The notes under the pieces: model-generated | Seen by the model: the letters and a program-made list of their open reading frames with translations, nothing else | Database searches by the model: none | What the model was told of the DNA's origin: nothing | Position numbers and translations under genes: made by a program | Shown: positions 1-15,619 of the stretch, piece by piece | Numbering within the stretch: position 1 is the stretch's first letter | How the letters are laid out: each line of letters begins with the position of its first letter | From: Dimorphilus gyrociliatus | Taxonomy: Eukaryota > Animalia > Annelida | DNA length: 64,000 nt | Direction: 5' to 3' | Assembly: GCA_904063045.1 (NCBI GenBank) | Contig: CAJFCJ010000002.1 | Coordinates: 1,758,422 to 1,822,421, forward strand

Positions 1-156
1 TAAAAAAAAGAAATTTAATAAAATAAATTATCTGCAGCGACAGCTACTTCTATAGTTTTTTTTTAGTTATTTTTATGAATTGTAACATCTGTTACGCACA
101 AACGCTTTCAATATATGTATATGTATATATACGCCGTATTGTGTACAATATACAGT

Positions 157-160
<4 letters not shown>

Positions 161-189
<29 letters not shown>
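161..189. repeat. (AT)n microsatellite
   Basis: Uninterrupted AT dinucleotide run. Similar runs occur at about 23597-23619, 25850-25870 and 37156-37175. Confidence 0.9.
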
Positions 190-192
<3 letters not shown>

Positions 193-287
193 TCATGTAG
201 TCTTCATCGCTAAAATACGTGTATATCGACAATTTATAGCGTAATTGCTTCTTCTTTCGCTATAATGAAATTTGTACTCATATCAAC

Positions 288-632
288 ATGACTGAACGAA
301 TGGGATGGCAGTTTGGACTTTTCTCCTGTTTCGACGATTGGAGTACATCGATTATTACCTACATTGTACCTTGTTATACGGCAGGTAAAAATGGAGAGGC
401 TGTAGGAGAGAGCTATAAATCTACCGCTTGGCTACAGCTTTTGCCTATAGTCAACTGTGTATTGAATTCAAAAATTCGTGGTAAAATTCGACTCCGATTC
501 GAAATCCAGGGTAATTTCGGACTGGACTTGTATACGTATATTTACTGTTACTATTGCGCTCTTATTCAAGATTATCGTCAGTTAAATGCAGTTAGGACAA
601 CGCCTATTCCGCTTAAAATTCAAAGAGTTTAA
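288..632 (+). CDS. PLAC8/cornifelin-family Cys-rich protein, single exon
   Basis: WQFGLFSCFDD start, VPCYTAGKNGEAVGES, RGKIR..FEIQG and YCYYCALIQ match the PLAC8 family pattern. Confidence 0.8.
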   Translation: MTERMGWQFGLFSCFDDWSTSIITYIVPCYTAGKNGEAVGESYKSTAWLQLLPIVNCVLNSKIRGKIRLRFEIQGNFGLDLYTYIYCYYCALIQDYRQLNAVRTTPIPLKIQRV

Positions 633-919
633 GCGATATGGCCTGTCGTGTCTCGTATAAACATACACCAACCCACCTGAATTACAATTGTATAAGTTTT
701 TTTTGTGATGCACTTATAGCAAACGTATGCTATGTTTACATTTTTAGCTTTATAGTTAACTAGATGATTAATCAATTCAAGTGCACATCTGTTTTATTCA
801 TTTCAAAATTATAAAACCAAGAGTATTCACAACGATTTGTATTTTATTTCTTTTAGGCGAGAAATCGGCTTACTTCGGAATTTTTACATTAAAAAAATAT
901 CAGCACCAAACGCGAAAAA

Positions 920-3706
<2,787 letters not shown>

Positions 3707-4165
3707 CTTTTTCAACAACTAAACTAATCTTGTATTAACAAACAAATTTAATCGAAAGTTTAGCACGTGATTTAACCACAGTGCCAAAATGTACTTTACG
3801 CAAGTCGGATATCCGGTTTGAACATGGCGCAATGCACTGTCATCTATTCCATTATTTTGAAACACCATACCCTGTTTATTTGAGCGAACATTCTTAAGTA
3901 TAAACAATAACAAATGTTGTGTATTGAATGATAATTTAGCAAAAACAAGACGCATGTAACAGAAATCAGCAAGACAACAATCGAACGAAATTTTATGACA
4001 AGAAAGTATGACAAAATGAATGTGAAAGACGATGCAGCGAGATGGTTTTACACAAACATTTATTAAATACAATGAGTTTTTGTTGAAAGAACTCCCATTG
4101 TAAAAATTTCCTAATATCTGTAATTTTATTAAGCGCTTTCACTTGAACTCAGATTGGATAATAAT

Positions 4166-7100
4166 TTACAGCTCATCTTTGTCTTCCTGTGTAGGAGGAG
4201 TCGTTTGATCTGTCACAACAAAATTGTTTTAGGAGTGATCTAATTGTATTGTATGATCGTAATAACCTGTGTTACCATCTAACTGCAAAGTCTCGTCTGA
4301 TTTTTCACTATCTTCTGAAGTACTTTTATGTTTTGGTTTTCGCTTTTCCTCCGACTCTTCAGCCTTTTCCGGCACAACAAATTCTTCCTTTTTGTCATCT
4401 GTGAATGTTAAAAGTTGTAACATATTTAAAATCATTTTATTGACATGAGAGCATCAACAACTTTCAGAGCATTCTGAGCGTGGAATTGAAATATATTATA
4501 AAGAAATGTTTCAATTTTTGCACCTTAAAATATTAATTCTACTGAGAGCTGTCCATTGTGTATATCTAATTCTTTTGCCTTTAAACTCAAATATCGAATA
4601 ATATATAGAAGCTCCATTATGGTGCTTTTAACAGATGGGATAGTCATGACTTTTAAAAAAGCCATAACTTTCTTAAGAATGATCAGAATTTCGTAATATT
4701 TTTAAAAATGAAAATATCACAAAACATTTTGATGTACCCTTTCAGTATTCTATTATATTATTTGAAGAGTCAAATGCCATACCCTGGAACCTATTAATAC
4801 TATTGTAAAAATTTGTACTATTTACCCTTAGTTTCACTTGTTTTGTTTTGAGATGTGTCGGTTGTATTACTATTTGTGTCATTTGTTGGTACTACCTTTG
4901 GCTTGGGTCTGAAATTTTGTAATTATTACTAATGCAGTCAGTGTACTTAAAAATTCTAGTTAACTTGATAAATACCTATAATTTTTTGCTTTACTCGCCA
5001 GGTAACGTATTTCTCTATCTAGTTCGGCTAGTTTCATGTAAATATCTGTCACTTGAACTGGTAATGTTTCTTGCTTGTTTGCTTTCTCCACTTCTGCTTT
5101 TTTTTCTTTTGACCATTCCTATAAACAATCAATTTTTGTAGGAATCTGTTTTAATTTACAATTTGGTTATACCCTTGTTTTGTTGATTAGTTTATCTAAC
5201 GTATCATATTCAACTTGAGTGAATATAGAATCTTCTCCTGTGAAATTTTTCATTCCGGCAATAAAAACTTCTGAGTGATTTAGCTGTATTCTCATTGCTT
5301 CCCAGGCTTGCGGTTGGTCCTAGAACAATTGGTGATAAGTTTTCAGATACCACATAATAATTTAATATTGATACCTTGATTTCTTTTACTCTATTATTTA
5401 TGTCTTTAAAAATATCCTCTAGCTCTGCCAATTTGTCTTCATATGTTTTCCTGGGGACTGAGTCATCTTGATCATAGAACCAATCTGATGCTCCTGATAG
5501 CGCTGCTGATAATTTTTCTCTTTCCTCCTCTTTAGAACAAGTTTGATATTCGTCCTGCATTAACAGATGTTATAAATTTGATAAACAAAATGTTTTTGAA
5601 CTAACTTGATATAATTTATCTTGATAGTTAATAATAAAACTTTCAACGTCATTTTTTGCAGCAGCTAATTTGATCTTCTCTTCATCTTTCTGTTTCAATT
5701 CTTTTAATCTAAAGGGCAACACAGTTTCTTAATATTCAAGAAGTTCATTAAGAAAAAAGATTAACATACAAATTTCTTGAAATTTTAATAGTAGAATCAG
5801 ATGGATTAACAGAGTCTAAGGACTCTAAACTAAAGCTAAGGTGTTCCTTAACAATGGTAGCCTTTGCTGGTTCTTTCTTTTGTTCCTTCTTGTCACTATC
5901 TTTCGTTTCTTTTTTGTCATTTTCTTTATCGGTTTTCTTAGATTCTTCATTTTTGGTTTCGGTGTTTTCTGTCTTTTCGGTTTTATCTTGTTCTTTGGTC
6001 TTCTTGTTCTTGCCACTTTCGGTTTTATCAGGTTCTTCATTGTTTTCCTAAAAGTAAATATCATGTTTAGAGACACTTAATAGTTAAAGAAGGCCGAAAA
6101 ACACTGTAAATCATTGCTAGAATAAAGAAATCCTCGTCATAAGCTAAATTAAATCATAAAATTAAACAGTTATAATTGAGTTATAAGCATCTTGCAAAAA
6201 AGTAAAACGTTATTAATTTATAGAAAAAAGCAATTGCGACTATAGCTTTTGTCAGTAGGTCAGGGGATACCTTCTTAAATTTTGATTTATCAGTTTCTTT
6301 CTCTTTTTTGTCTTCCTTTTTATCTTCTTTAGGTTCTTCTTTTTTTATAGATTCATTATCCTTTTTCTAATTATGCGATGAAAAGCGATTTTTCAAGTTT
6401 AACAATACATTTAGGTTCATTATTATTAAACTTATTCAAGCCATTTTGATAGAATAAACTATTAACAAATATACACACCTCTTCTGGCTTCTGCTCATCC
6501 TTTCCTTCTTCTCCTGGTTTGCTACCTCCGAACAAATTACTTATTGTACTTCCTAATTCTAAAAATACACGAAACATCAGAAAGAGAAGAGATTTTATAA
6601 AAGTACCTTACTTTGAAAAGTTGATTCTTCTTCGGGCGCATCTGGAGGACGTTCGAAAGCAGCTTCAACCTATACATAAAAAATTCTCATAAAACTTTTA
6701 TTTGTTAAAAAAGGTTAAACAAACTCTATCTAAAAATAATATTCCGCTATCGTCCATTTTGAAATGAGCCTTGACACCTTTTGCCTCAGCTTTTTCATTA
6801 TATTTGTTATGAGCATCTTCTACACCAGCGAGTTTAACCTGCAAAAGAATTAAGTTATAAAACTGACAATTAAATAATTACAGCTCAACAAACTTTTAAT
6901 AGTTCAGTACTTCCAAAATCTTCTGATTCAGCTGGACTCAAGAAGCTCATATCTCCGTATAATACATTAAAATCAAAATCTTTCAATTGTTTGTTGAAAA
7001 TCATGACTTTCTTTTGTGGGTAATTGTTCATTCTGTTGAATAATGTTCTGCTGATAACTCTAGTTTCTTCTTCATTGCTTTCTTTCATACGGTTGAAGCG

Positions 7101-9153
7101 AACAATAATTGGATACATTGCCGCATCCTTAACGGTGAATTTCTTCACTCGGAAACCTTTTGATAAATGTGCAGCTTGATAAACCGCACCTAGAGCAGCC
7201 GCTTCATCGGTGTTAATTGACTTTCCTAGTTCATTACTATTCAGGAAATTTAAGACTTGAAACATAAACTTCTTGACATATTTAAAATATTTACAGTTTA
7301 AGGGTTTTCTTCAATATTTCTTGTATTTTTGGCATTCTTGTGCCGGCTCCCATCAGAATAACTTCGTGTATTTCATCCTATTAGTTAAATGAAGGTGAAA
7401 ACTCAAAAATGTTTATGCAAGAATGATAAGTATACCATTGTAACTTGAGAAGTTTTCAATGCATCCTTCACAGGTTTTGCGATTCTTTCAAATAGATCAT
7501 CGGTCATTTCCTCAAATTCTGATCGTGTAACCTTGGTTCGGAAGTCTTCTTCGTCCATCAGGTTTTCTATCTACATAGTTTAACAATAATAATGAATTTA
7601 ACATTTTTAGAATATTGATGAGGTTTCGTACCTGGGCATAGTGATCCGCATTGGCACTTAAAACTTGCTTTAATCGATCAGCTTCCTTTAAAAGTTTTGC
7701 CATGGCACGATTATTATCTCTTAACTGGCAAAAATTGAGGAAAAGATTATGTTTAACTTATTCCTTATAATGTAGAAAGCATAAAGCATACCACATTCTT
7801 AGTTTTTTTGACAGCTTCGAAACGTTTAGCCAAATGCTCTCTGAGTCTAAGCGTCCAGTCCAACCCACCTAAATTCCTGTCATATCTGTGAGCGGAAATA
7901 CATATATAAAATCTAAATTTAAGCCAAAACAAAGCCAAACTTACCCTACTCCCTTTATGGTAACTTGAGGATCAGTATCAACTATTCCAGTAACAGGGTT
8001 TTTAGTTTTAACAAGTTGATAAGCTTTAATGAAAAAATTCAATTATTTAAACTTATATATAACTATAATTTTTTTAAAGACTAACAGACTATGGTTGCTT
8101 TTGTAGAAATTGAACCAACGTCAAAGAACATATAATGCTGAGCTGTTGTATTAAACGCTTTTCTTCTGAACACTCCGTAGTTAAGAGCCACTAAAATTTT
8201 GAATTAAAAATAACGTTCATTATAAAATATTATTTTCATTTACGAACCTGCAGCATTATCATTCATTAATTGGAGAAGCTTTATGCCTGCTAAATCAGCA
8301 GCTCTTGCCAATGATCTTCTTTCAGCCTGATTAAAGAATGGAGGAACAGTGATAACAGCTTCATTCACCGGTTGTTCTATTGGAATAAAGGTTAAAGGTT
8401 GGAACTTAATAATCAATTGTAATAATTAAGTTTTAATTTAAGTATATATTTGTTAATTTGTAAATAAAAGATAAATACCAGCAAAGTGAGAGGCTATCTC
8501 CTGGGCATATTCTAATATCATGGCTAAAAGTTCTTCTACAGTGTATTTATCATCCCTGAAAATTTAATCAACATTGAACTACCGACATCATCTTTTAAAT
8601 GAGAACTCACCCATCATGTAAAAATTGAACAAATCCTGTTTCTGGGTGTGCTTCAATTTTATAATATGGAAACTTAATCAGAAATTCTTTCACGCTTGGA
8701 CTATCAGCTTTTTTGCCAACTATGTACTTAAGGAAACGATAAGCCAACCTAGGATACTTTACAGCCTGAAAAATTCATTAAACTTCATTTATATTTTGTG
8801 ATCTATTGCTACAAACAGTTGACATGGCAGGACCACCAAATGATCTGTCTCCATCTCTGTAAGAAATGACAACATCTGTTTTCCTTTTGCTTTCTTTACT
8901 TAGGGCTACTTCCATTGGAACCCCAGGCTAGAGAAAAGTTTAAATTATTAGGGAGATCAAACAAATAAACATATGTTTAATAAAAACCTTAACTATTGCA
9001 ACTTTCATAAATTCTGCTCCCAAATCAACAGACATAACAGCCAATCCAGCTGCTATAAAAAATTTAAGTGAGATAGTTTCAATATTGAATAGCTTGTTTC
9101 TTACTTGCTGTTTGTATGGTAATAAATAATAACAATATTTTGACCGCCCACAT
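4166..9153 (-). CDS. HYOU1: Hypoxia up-regulated 1 / GRP170, ER Hsp70-family chaperone, multi-exon
   Basis: Signal peptide [19 protein letters not shown], then [36 protein letters not shown] and an acidic/Lys-rich insert. The spliced last exon ends ...QEDKDEL* (KDEL ER-retention signal). Confidence 0.93.
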
Positions 9154-9564
9154 CTCACTTCATTCGTCGTATAATCTAAAAAAATTTAAAGGTTAGAATC
9201 AATAAGCCGGTTTCACGCTCTTTAGACTCTTTAATAGTCTTCATATGTGAAGAGTTGGAAAGTAAGGCATACATATTTCCAAAAAAGAGTCTCGGATCTA
9301 CGATATTTAAGTATAAGAAGCCTAATTAAAATTTTAATAATGAGGGTTACAGACAAAAATAATTTTTCGAATGTTCTAGAGCGATATTCAATAAAAACTA
9401 TAATTAAAGATATTATTTATAGTTAATACAAACTTTCAGACTAAAGTATTCAGAGGAGGATCCTAAATGTTCTTCTCTAAAGTATAAGTGCACTTACAGT
9501 GACAAGCTAGAGAAATACGTGGATAAATCTTTCGTTAAAGTGTGGAAAACAGAACAAAATATCA

Positions 9565-9583
9565 TGTGGCGAAACGTCATTGG
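9565..9583 (-). promoter_or_regulatory. ERSE-like element (CCAAT-N9-CCACA) upstream of HYOU1
   Basis: Minus strand reads CCAAT-GACGTTTCG-CCACA, one base from the ERSE consensus CCAAT-N9-CCACG, about 410 bp upstream of the HYOU1 ATG. Confidence 0.55.
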
Positions 9584-9806
9584 ATAAGAGAAATTTTTTG
9601 TCTCGTATGCAAAACGTTTTTATGACTTAAAAACAAATATGAGAATAAAGCTCGTTATCTTTAAACTTTAGCCTTCTTGAAAATAAGCTTTTTCAATGAA
9701 AATGATAATAGAAGTCTAATTCTAAAATTGGTTGAGTTGTACGAAAATAGAGTGGCCTGAGCGATAAAATACATTGCCGCCTTTTATTAATTGTAATTTT
9801 GTTACA

Positions 9807-11015
9807 ATGGCCGAATCTAATGGATCACCGAAGAAGAGAAAAGTAGATGAAGATGGCACGGAAAAGATACTCTCAACAATTAAATTTGATACAATTCTGA
9901 GAATAGACACTGAAAAGAAGAACGCTTTTTTAGCAGGATCTGGAGAACAAGGCGATGCTGTGATCGCCTTGGAAAAACAGCCATTTTCTAAGGAGACAGC
10001 AGCAGATATTTTGGAAGGAGATATATCTAATGAATTAATTTTTAAAAATGATGTTTATCATACATTTAAACTCTTCCCGAAAAGCAATCTTAATTGTATG
10101 CATAACTTTAAATTCCTATAATATCTATTAAAATATTGCTTTCTCCAGTTATTAAAGCAACTTTGACATATCCGGCAACACAAAAACATATTTTAAAGTA
10201 TAGTGATCAGAAAAGGTATGTCATCGAAGAGACATCTAAACTCTATAATGATGTGACTTTACCATTTATTCTACAAGAGCAAATGAATATTGAGGTAAAT
10301 ATTAACTGTTAAATATTGATCCCTAATTATTTAATAAATACCCTGTTAGATAAATAAGTCAAAATAATCACCTTTTAATGGCTATTAATTTTTCAAATTT
10401 AAACAGTGGGTGTTCAACATTCTTTCAAAGAAAACCGAATCTGAAAGAATTGTTTATGAAGATCCTGACCCAAATGTTGGTTTCATATTACTTCCTGATA
10501 TGAAATGGAGTGGGTTACAATTGGAAGACATGTATTGCGTCGCCTTAGTCCATGCAAGAGTAATATCTCATCTTTCTATTAATATTTTAAGCTAACAAAT
10601 AATCATAATTTCAGGGTATCAAATCGATTAGAGATCTAGATGATAAACATCTACCCCTATTAAAAAATATTAAAATAAAAGGATCTGTAAGTTACTATTT
10701 AAATTTGTTAATAGTTTGACATTACTGTATTTTTAGGAAGCAATTCAGAAAAAATATGGTCTTGAATCCAATCAACTAAGAATATACTTTCACTATCAGC
10801 CATCCTATTACCACCTTCACATTCATTTTAACAATATATCTTACGAGGCTCCTGGTAGTAATGTAGCCACTGCTTACTTACTTTCAGATGTCATAAATAA
10901 TATCGAACTGATGAGTGACTACTACAAAAAAGCGACTTTATCGTTCGTTTTAAAAGAACAACACAAGTTACTTGAGAAGTTTAAATCCCATTCTGAAGAA
11001 ATTGCGATAGAATGA
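9807..11015 (+). CDS. DCPS: m7GpppX diphosphatase (scavenger decapping enzyme), multi-exon
   Basis: AVIALEKQPF, IVYEDPDPNVGFILLPDMKW and the HIT-like motif YFHYQPSYYHLHIHF. Confidence 0.93.
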
Positions 11016-11307
11016 AGAGAAATAAATTATAGTCTTGGATGTTTTCATGACATAAATAGAAATTTATTCTTTTATTTAATTGATATATATTTTAACAATA
11101 TTACAATTACAAACTAATTTATGCACGGGATAGAAACTGTTTTCTAAATTTTGGTAGACAAGAAACAGTATTATAATTCTTAGTAAAACGGACGGAAATA
11201 TGTGAATTAATAAAATAAAAAAAGAGACTGAAGAGAACAAAAGAAATTAAAAATTTAAAACAACATCGTGAAAAAATTGGACGCAATAACCCGAAAGGAA
11301 ACTATAT

Positions 11308-12490
11308 TTAATAGTCATCATCGCTGAAAGAGATAAAATTTGACTTTAATGTTTACATTGTAGACTTCTATGTGCAACTTACTCTCCTAGTCTTCGTCTT
11401 AATTCTTTTATTTGGTCGTTCTTTTTCTGCAGCATCTGCTTCAAATTTTTAAATGGTGCCGTTTGCGAAACCTTCTTTTCTAATTGCTTTTCTGCCAGTT
11501 CTAAATCTGCTCTAATTTTCAATAGCTCATGCTTCGCTTTGGTTAAATCACTACCCAGTGATTCTGCCGTTTCTCTTGACGACATTTTTGTCTATAAACA
11601 ATGAATTAAATTGGCTATATGAGAATTTTTTAAGAACTTACATGGTCCAGTTCCGATTTCAATCCCTTCATTTTTCTCTGAAGTTCATCAAATTCGCCAT
11701 CATCAATACTTCGTCTATCACGTGATGAACTCGATAAATTGGATCTGGCGTTTTCTAGTTCACTTTTCAATTTGTTTCGATCTCTGCCTGCATCCATAGC
11801 TTGACTTTCAGCTTGCTTTAATCTCTGTCGTAAGGTATCGTTTTCATCTCTTAGTCGGTTAATTTCCTGAACAAAAAAAAATACAAAGCTGTATTAAATG
11901 ACAAATCGAAACTCAACAGGGTCATATTACCGCTTGTAATAAATTACTTGAGCTACTTTCATTTAATGGCTGCAATTTAAATTCTGCGTCTTTCTTCACT
12001 CCAGAGAACTGCTGTTCTTCAAATTCCTTTATTTGTTCGAGCAATTCTCTATTTTCTAGTTCGGAAATATCAGCCTGTAATTTCAAATGCCATTTCTCTG
12101 CTTGTTGGAATAGCTGTCGAAGAAGAAGGACGTTTGTGTGAGCAGTGTTCAGGAGTTCCGATTCCATCTGGAATAAAATTTCTTTCATTAATATACACAA
12201 TCAATTAAAGAGTGTATTATTAATTTTTTACCTCTCCTCTAATAACAACCAATAAGCCATCCAGCATGTCCTCGACTTCGTCCACTGTAAAGGTGTCTTC
12301 GCACAACCTGCTGTCTTTCAACTCTTTGAAAGAAGCATCAATACCTCTGAGTCTTTGACCGCGTTGATATCGAGCAAATCGCATATAATTAAGAACAGTG
12401 GACTGGTGACCTTCATTTAAACCCAAAGCTGACGACTAAAAATAACGAGATAAGTAAAGTTTTTAACTTATTTAATATAAATTTTACCAT
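11308..12490 (-). CDS. LZTFL1: Leucine zipper transcription factor-like 1 (BBS17), multi-exon
   Basis: LGLNEGHQSTVLNYMRFARYQRGQRL, MESELLNTAHTNVLLLRQLFQQAEKWHLKL and QTAPFKNLKQMLQKKNDQIKELRRRL. The ATG is followed directly by an intron, and a short spliced last exon gives ...LGDDDDY*. Confidence 0.9.
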
Positions 12491-12537
12491 ATTTTTCAAA
12501 TTTGAAGTATCTCGAAGAGGATCAGAAAGGAATGAAA

Positions 12538-12546
12538 CCGGAAGTG
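12538..12546 (+). promoter_or_regulatory. ETS/GABP-type motif CCGGAAGTG in the LZTFL1/HIBCH bidirectional promoter
   Basis: Exact motif in the 300 bp head-to-head gap. A similar GCGGAAGTG lies at ~19350 in the HENMT1/NIFK gap. Confidence 0.45.
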
Positions 12547-12789
12547 ACAAGGACGCTAAGTAGTTTCGCACTGAATATTTAAACAGTTAATTAATTACCA
12601 GCTGTTGGCTAAATCAACTTTTATTAGTTCAACGTTGTTTTGAAAGGTTAAAAAAATTTTTTTTGTTAAAAAATGCGGAATGTCTACTATTCATGCTTTA
12701 GCAGACAATTATCGGCAGTTATCTGACATTGCCCAGTAGTCTTATTACGTCAATTAAAGTTTTAAGCTAAAAGACTAACGTTATTTAAT

Positions 12790-13929
12790 ATGCTTCACGC
12801 ACTTCCTAGATCTTGTGTTCGGAGGATGATTACTGTCTCTCAACATATTAGGAACTCCTCTTCAACTTCTGAAGTTCTCATGCAAGTTAAAGGGGATAAG
12901 GCATTGATTACCCTCAACAGACCAAAGGCACTAAACGCCCTTAACTTATCGATGATCAGACAAATTTATCCGCAACTTAGACAATGGGAGAACTCATCCA
13001 ATATAAAAGCAGTAATTATCAATGGGTCTGGAGAGAAAGCTTTTTGTGCCGGGGGTGATATAGTTGCAGTTACCAATGCCGGTAAGAAAAAAGAAAAACT
13101 TGCAGAAGAATTTTTTTACGAGGAATACAAACTCAACAACCTTATTGGTTCTTTGAAAGTTCCTTGGATTGCTTTTATAAATGGTATAACCATGGGCGGA
13201 GGAGTAGGATTAAGCGTACACGGCACCTTTCGTATATGCAACGAAAAAACAGTTTTCGCTATGCCTGAATGTGGCATTGGTCTCTTCCCTGACGTAGGAG
13301 GTGGTTATTTTCTACCGCGATTGGCAGGTGAAACTGGTACCTTTTTATCTCTCACTGGCTACCGTTTGAAAGGTACAGATGTTTTGCATTCGGGGGTTGC
13401 AACTCACTTTGTGCATTCTAAATTTAATGAGGAGTTATTAGAAACTTTAGTAACCGCTGAATCTGGAAAAGAGGAATTGAACAAGATATTTTGTGAGTTT
13501 CAAAAGAGATCGGAAGGAGAAATGAAATCCGATTTTAGCTTAGCACCACATTTAACTAAAATAAACACTCTTTTTAATGCCAATACTGTTGAAGATATAT
13601 TAAAAAATCTAAAAGAAGAAGGATCAGACTGGTCTAAAAAACAGTATGAAACTATTGAAAGAATGTCTCCTTCATCGTTAAAAATAACTCTAAGGCTGTT
13701 AAGAGAAGGTAAAAGCTTGAGTTTGATGGATGTTCTGCGTATAGAATACCGGTTAAGTCAAGGATGTATGGCAAATAATGATTTTTACGAAGGAGTAAGG
13801 GCCCTACTAATTGACAAAGACAACAAAACATCATGGAAACCAGCTAAATTAGAAGATGTTACTGATGATATTGTCAATAGTTACTTTAAAGCTCTACCTG
13901 AAAATAGAGAGCTTAAATTTGATAGTTAG
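12790..13929 (+). CDS. HIBCH: 3-hydroxyisobutyryl-CoA hydrolase, mitochondrial, intronless
   Basis: Mitochondrial-type N-terminus, ITLNRPKALNALNLSM, KAFCAGGDI, GITMGGGVGLSVHG, FAMPECGIGLFPDVGGGYFLPRL, DFYEGVRALLIDKD. Confidence 0.95.
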   Translation: MLHALPRSCVRRMITVSQHIRNSSSTSEVLMQVKGDKALITLNRPKALNALNLSMIRQIYPQLRQWENSSNIKAVIINGSGEKAFCAGGDIVAVTNAGKKKEKLAEEFFYEEYKLNNLIGSLKVPWIAFINGITMGGGVGLSVHGTFRICNEKTVFAMPECGIGLFPDVGGGYFLPRLAGETGTFLSLTGYRLKGTDVLHSGVATHFVHSKFNEELLETLVTAESGKEELNKIFCEFQKRSEGEMKSDFSLAPHLTKINTLFNANTVEDILKNLKEEGSDWSKKQYETIERMSPSSLKITLRLLREGKSLSLMDVLRIEYRLSQGCMANNDFYEGVRALLIDKDNKTSWKPAKLEDVTDDIVNSYFKALPENRELKFDS

Positions 13930-14252
13930 ACACTTTCGACATCTAAATCAAATAAAGATTTCGGAAGTATCCCTCTACGTTTATTAATAGAATAAATAAT
14001 AATTCAAAGAAAATGTACGATTTCTTTTTTTTTGTCTATTTGAAACCTGGTAAAGATGTTATTCCATCATCAAAGTAAATTCAAATCTTATGCTATGCTA
14101 TCAAAAGCTTTCATTTAAAGATTAGAGTGAAATATCAAGTAGCTTTATAAGCTCTTTAACAAAAATAGCTCATAATTGCTATCGCAACCTTCAAAGCTCA
14201 CAAATAGTTTGACCTTATTAGCAAGTAATTAGGTACAATTGGAAATCTTCTT

Positions 14253-15466
14253 ATGAAACCGATAAGCGTTCCTTATATTTATCCAAAAAATAATGGTCAG
14301 TTCATTAAATATATTAATACAAATAGATCTAATATAAATCAATTGATAGAAACAAAACCTAAGGAAGAGAGGAGAACCTCGTCAGGCATAAATAAGATAT
14401 CTCTTTTAATTTTATTTGTTTTTTCATGTTTATCAATGCTTTTGGGAATCATTTCATTTCTTAACACAAAATCAGTTTAGTCTTTGTTATTTGTTATTTT
14501 TTACATTTTCCGTTTAAAACTATTCTATCTATCCCTTAAAGACTTTAAAATTGAACAGACAATGTAAAACAAATCAAAGAAGAAACACGAATAGAATAGA
14601 AAGTAGACGAAGACGACATCTTTACTATCGAAATATGGAATTAGTAGACGCTACAAACTGTCCAAACCTAATGGAATATGATAATTATAGGGAAACTCTC
14701 TTAACATTTAGTGGAAGTCACGAAGAAAGGGCAAGTAAACTAATTGAATACGAACGTGCCTTTGTCGTAAGGAGAAATGGTAATATTAAATTACTAAGGA
14801 CAATTAACATAAAGTCTTTTTTTGAAAAGAAAAAACAGCTAGGGATGGCTCTCTTCGAAATCTTTCTGATTGTAGTTCACTAAAAAAATTCCAAAGTTCA
14901 ATTATTTTTAATTTGCACAACAAGGCCAAAGAGAAATTGAGTTTGTCTACTTTCATCACGAATCCGTGCTATAGTGGAGTTATTATGCTAAACTCTATTT
15001 TAAATGATGAACTCAAATATATAGTCCAGAAATTTGTTATTCCCAGGCGTCCGTCATATTTTACGAAGAGTTCGACCATAATGGAACTTTTATATTTATA
15101 TATAAATAGAAAAAATGTTGGAATTCCTATGAGGTTTCCAAACAAATGTGGCATTCTATCTATCTATCAAATCTTTGGAGTTGCTGATTACAAATTAAGT
15201 TGGAAGTTATTAAATTCGAATTCACGCTTTAAAACAATAAATAGATACTTTCAACTAAATATCAGTAAGCTCCTCTTTTTATTTGCAAAATCATTCATTT
15301 CTTGGGAAATACATTCTTCCGAACATATTTTCTAGGTGATAGGGCTATTTTCTATCCTTGGATGTCTCTGTATTCAACAGCTAAAACAAGCTGTAGCATT
15401 AGCGCAATTGTTGTGGAAAGAAAGAAAAATCGCCCGTATTGTTCATTTGATATAAGAAATTCATAG
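14253..15466 (+). CDS. Predicted 4-exon type II membrane protein of unknown family (~340 aa)
   Basis: Three separate ORF-track fragments join in frame through GT-AG introns 14475-14541, 14872-14924 and 15265-15335. Exons: 14253-14474, 14542-14871, 14925-15264, 15336-15466. One N-proximal TM helix, then a polybasic SRRRRH site. The N-terminus may extend further upstream. Confidence 0.55.
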
Positions 15467-15619
15467 AATATATACAAATTGTATTCATAGCAGAAACAAA
15501 ACTTTGAATTAACTTTTACAATCACAATATGATTTAGGAAAGTTTAAATAAAAATTGAGCTTTGTTAGTGCACAGCTTAGTAACCTTAGATAAGAGATTT
15601 ACAGGTTTTGTTTCAAATT

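Noticed and set aside
3719-4072. 117-aa minus-strand ORF between HYOU1 and DDX43
   Set aside because: Non-ATG start, no recognisable motif or splice support; it lies in the expected HYOU1 3'UTR / DDX43 promoter.
5825-6080. Three overlapping K/R-rich or F-rich ORFs
   Set aside because: They are alternative-frame and antisense read-outs of the acidic/Lys-rich insert exon of HYOU1.
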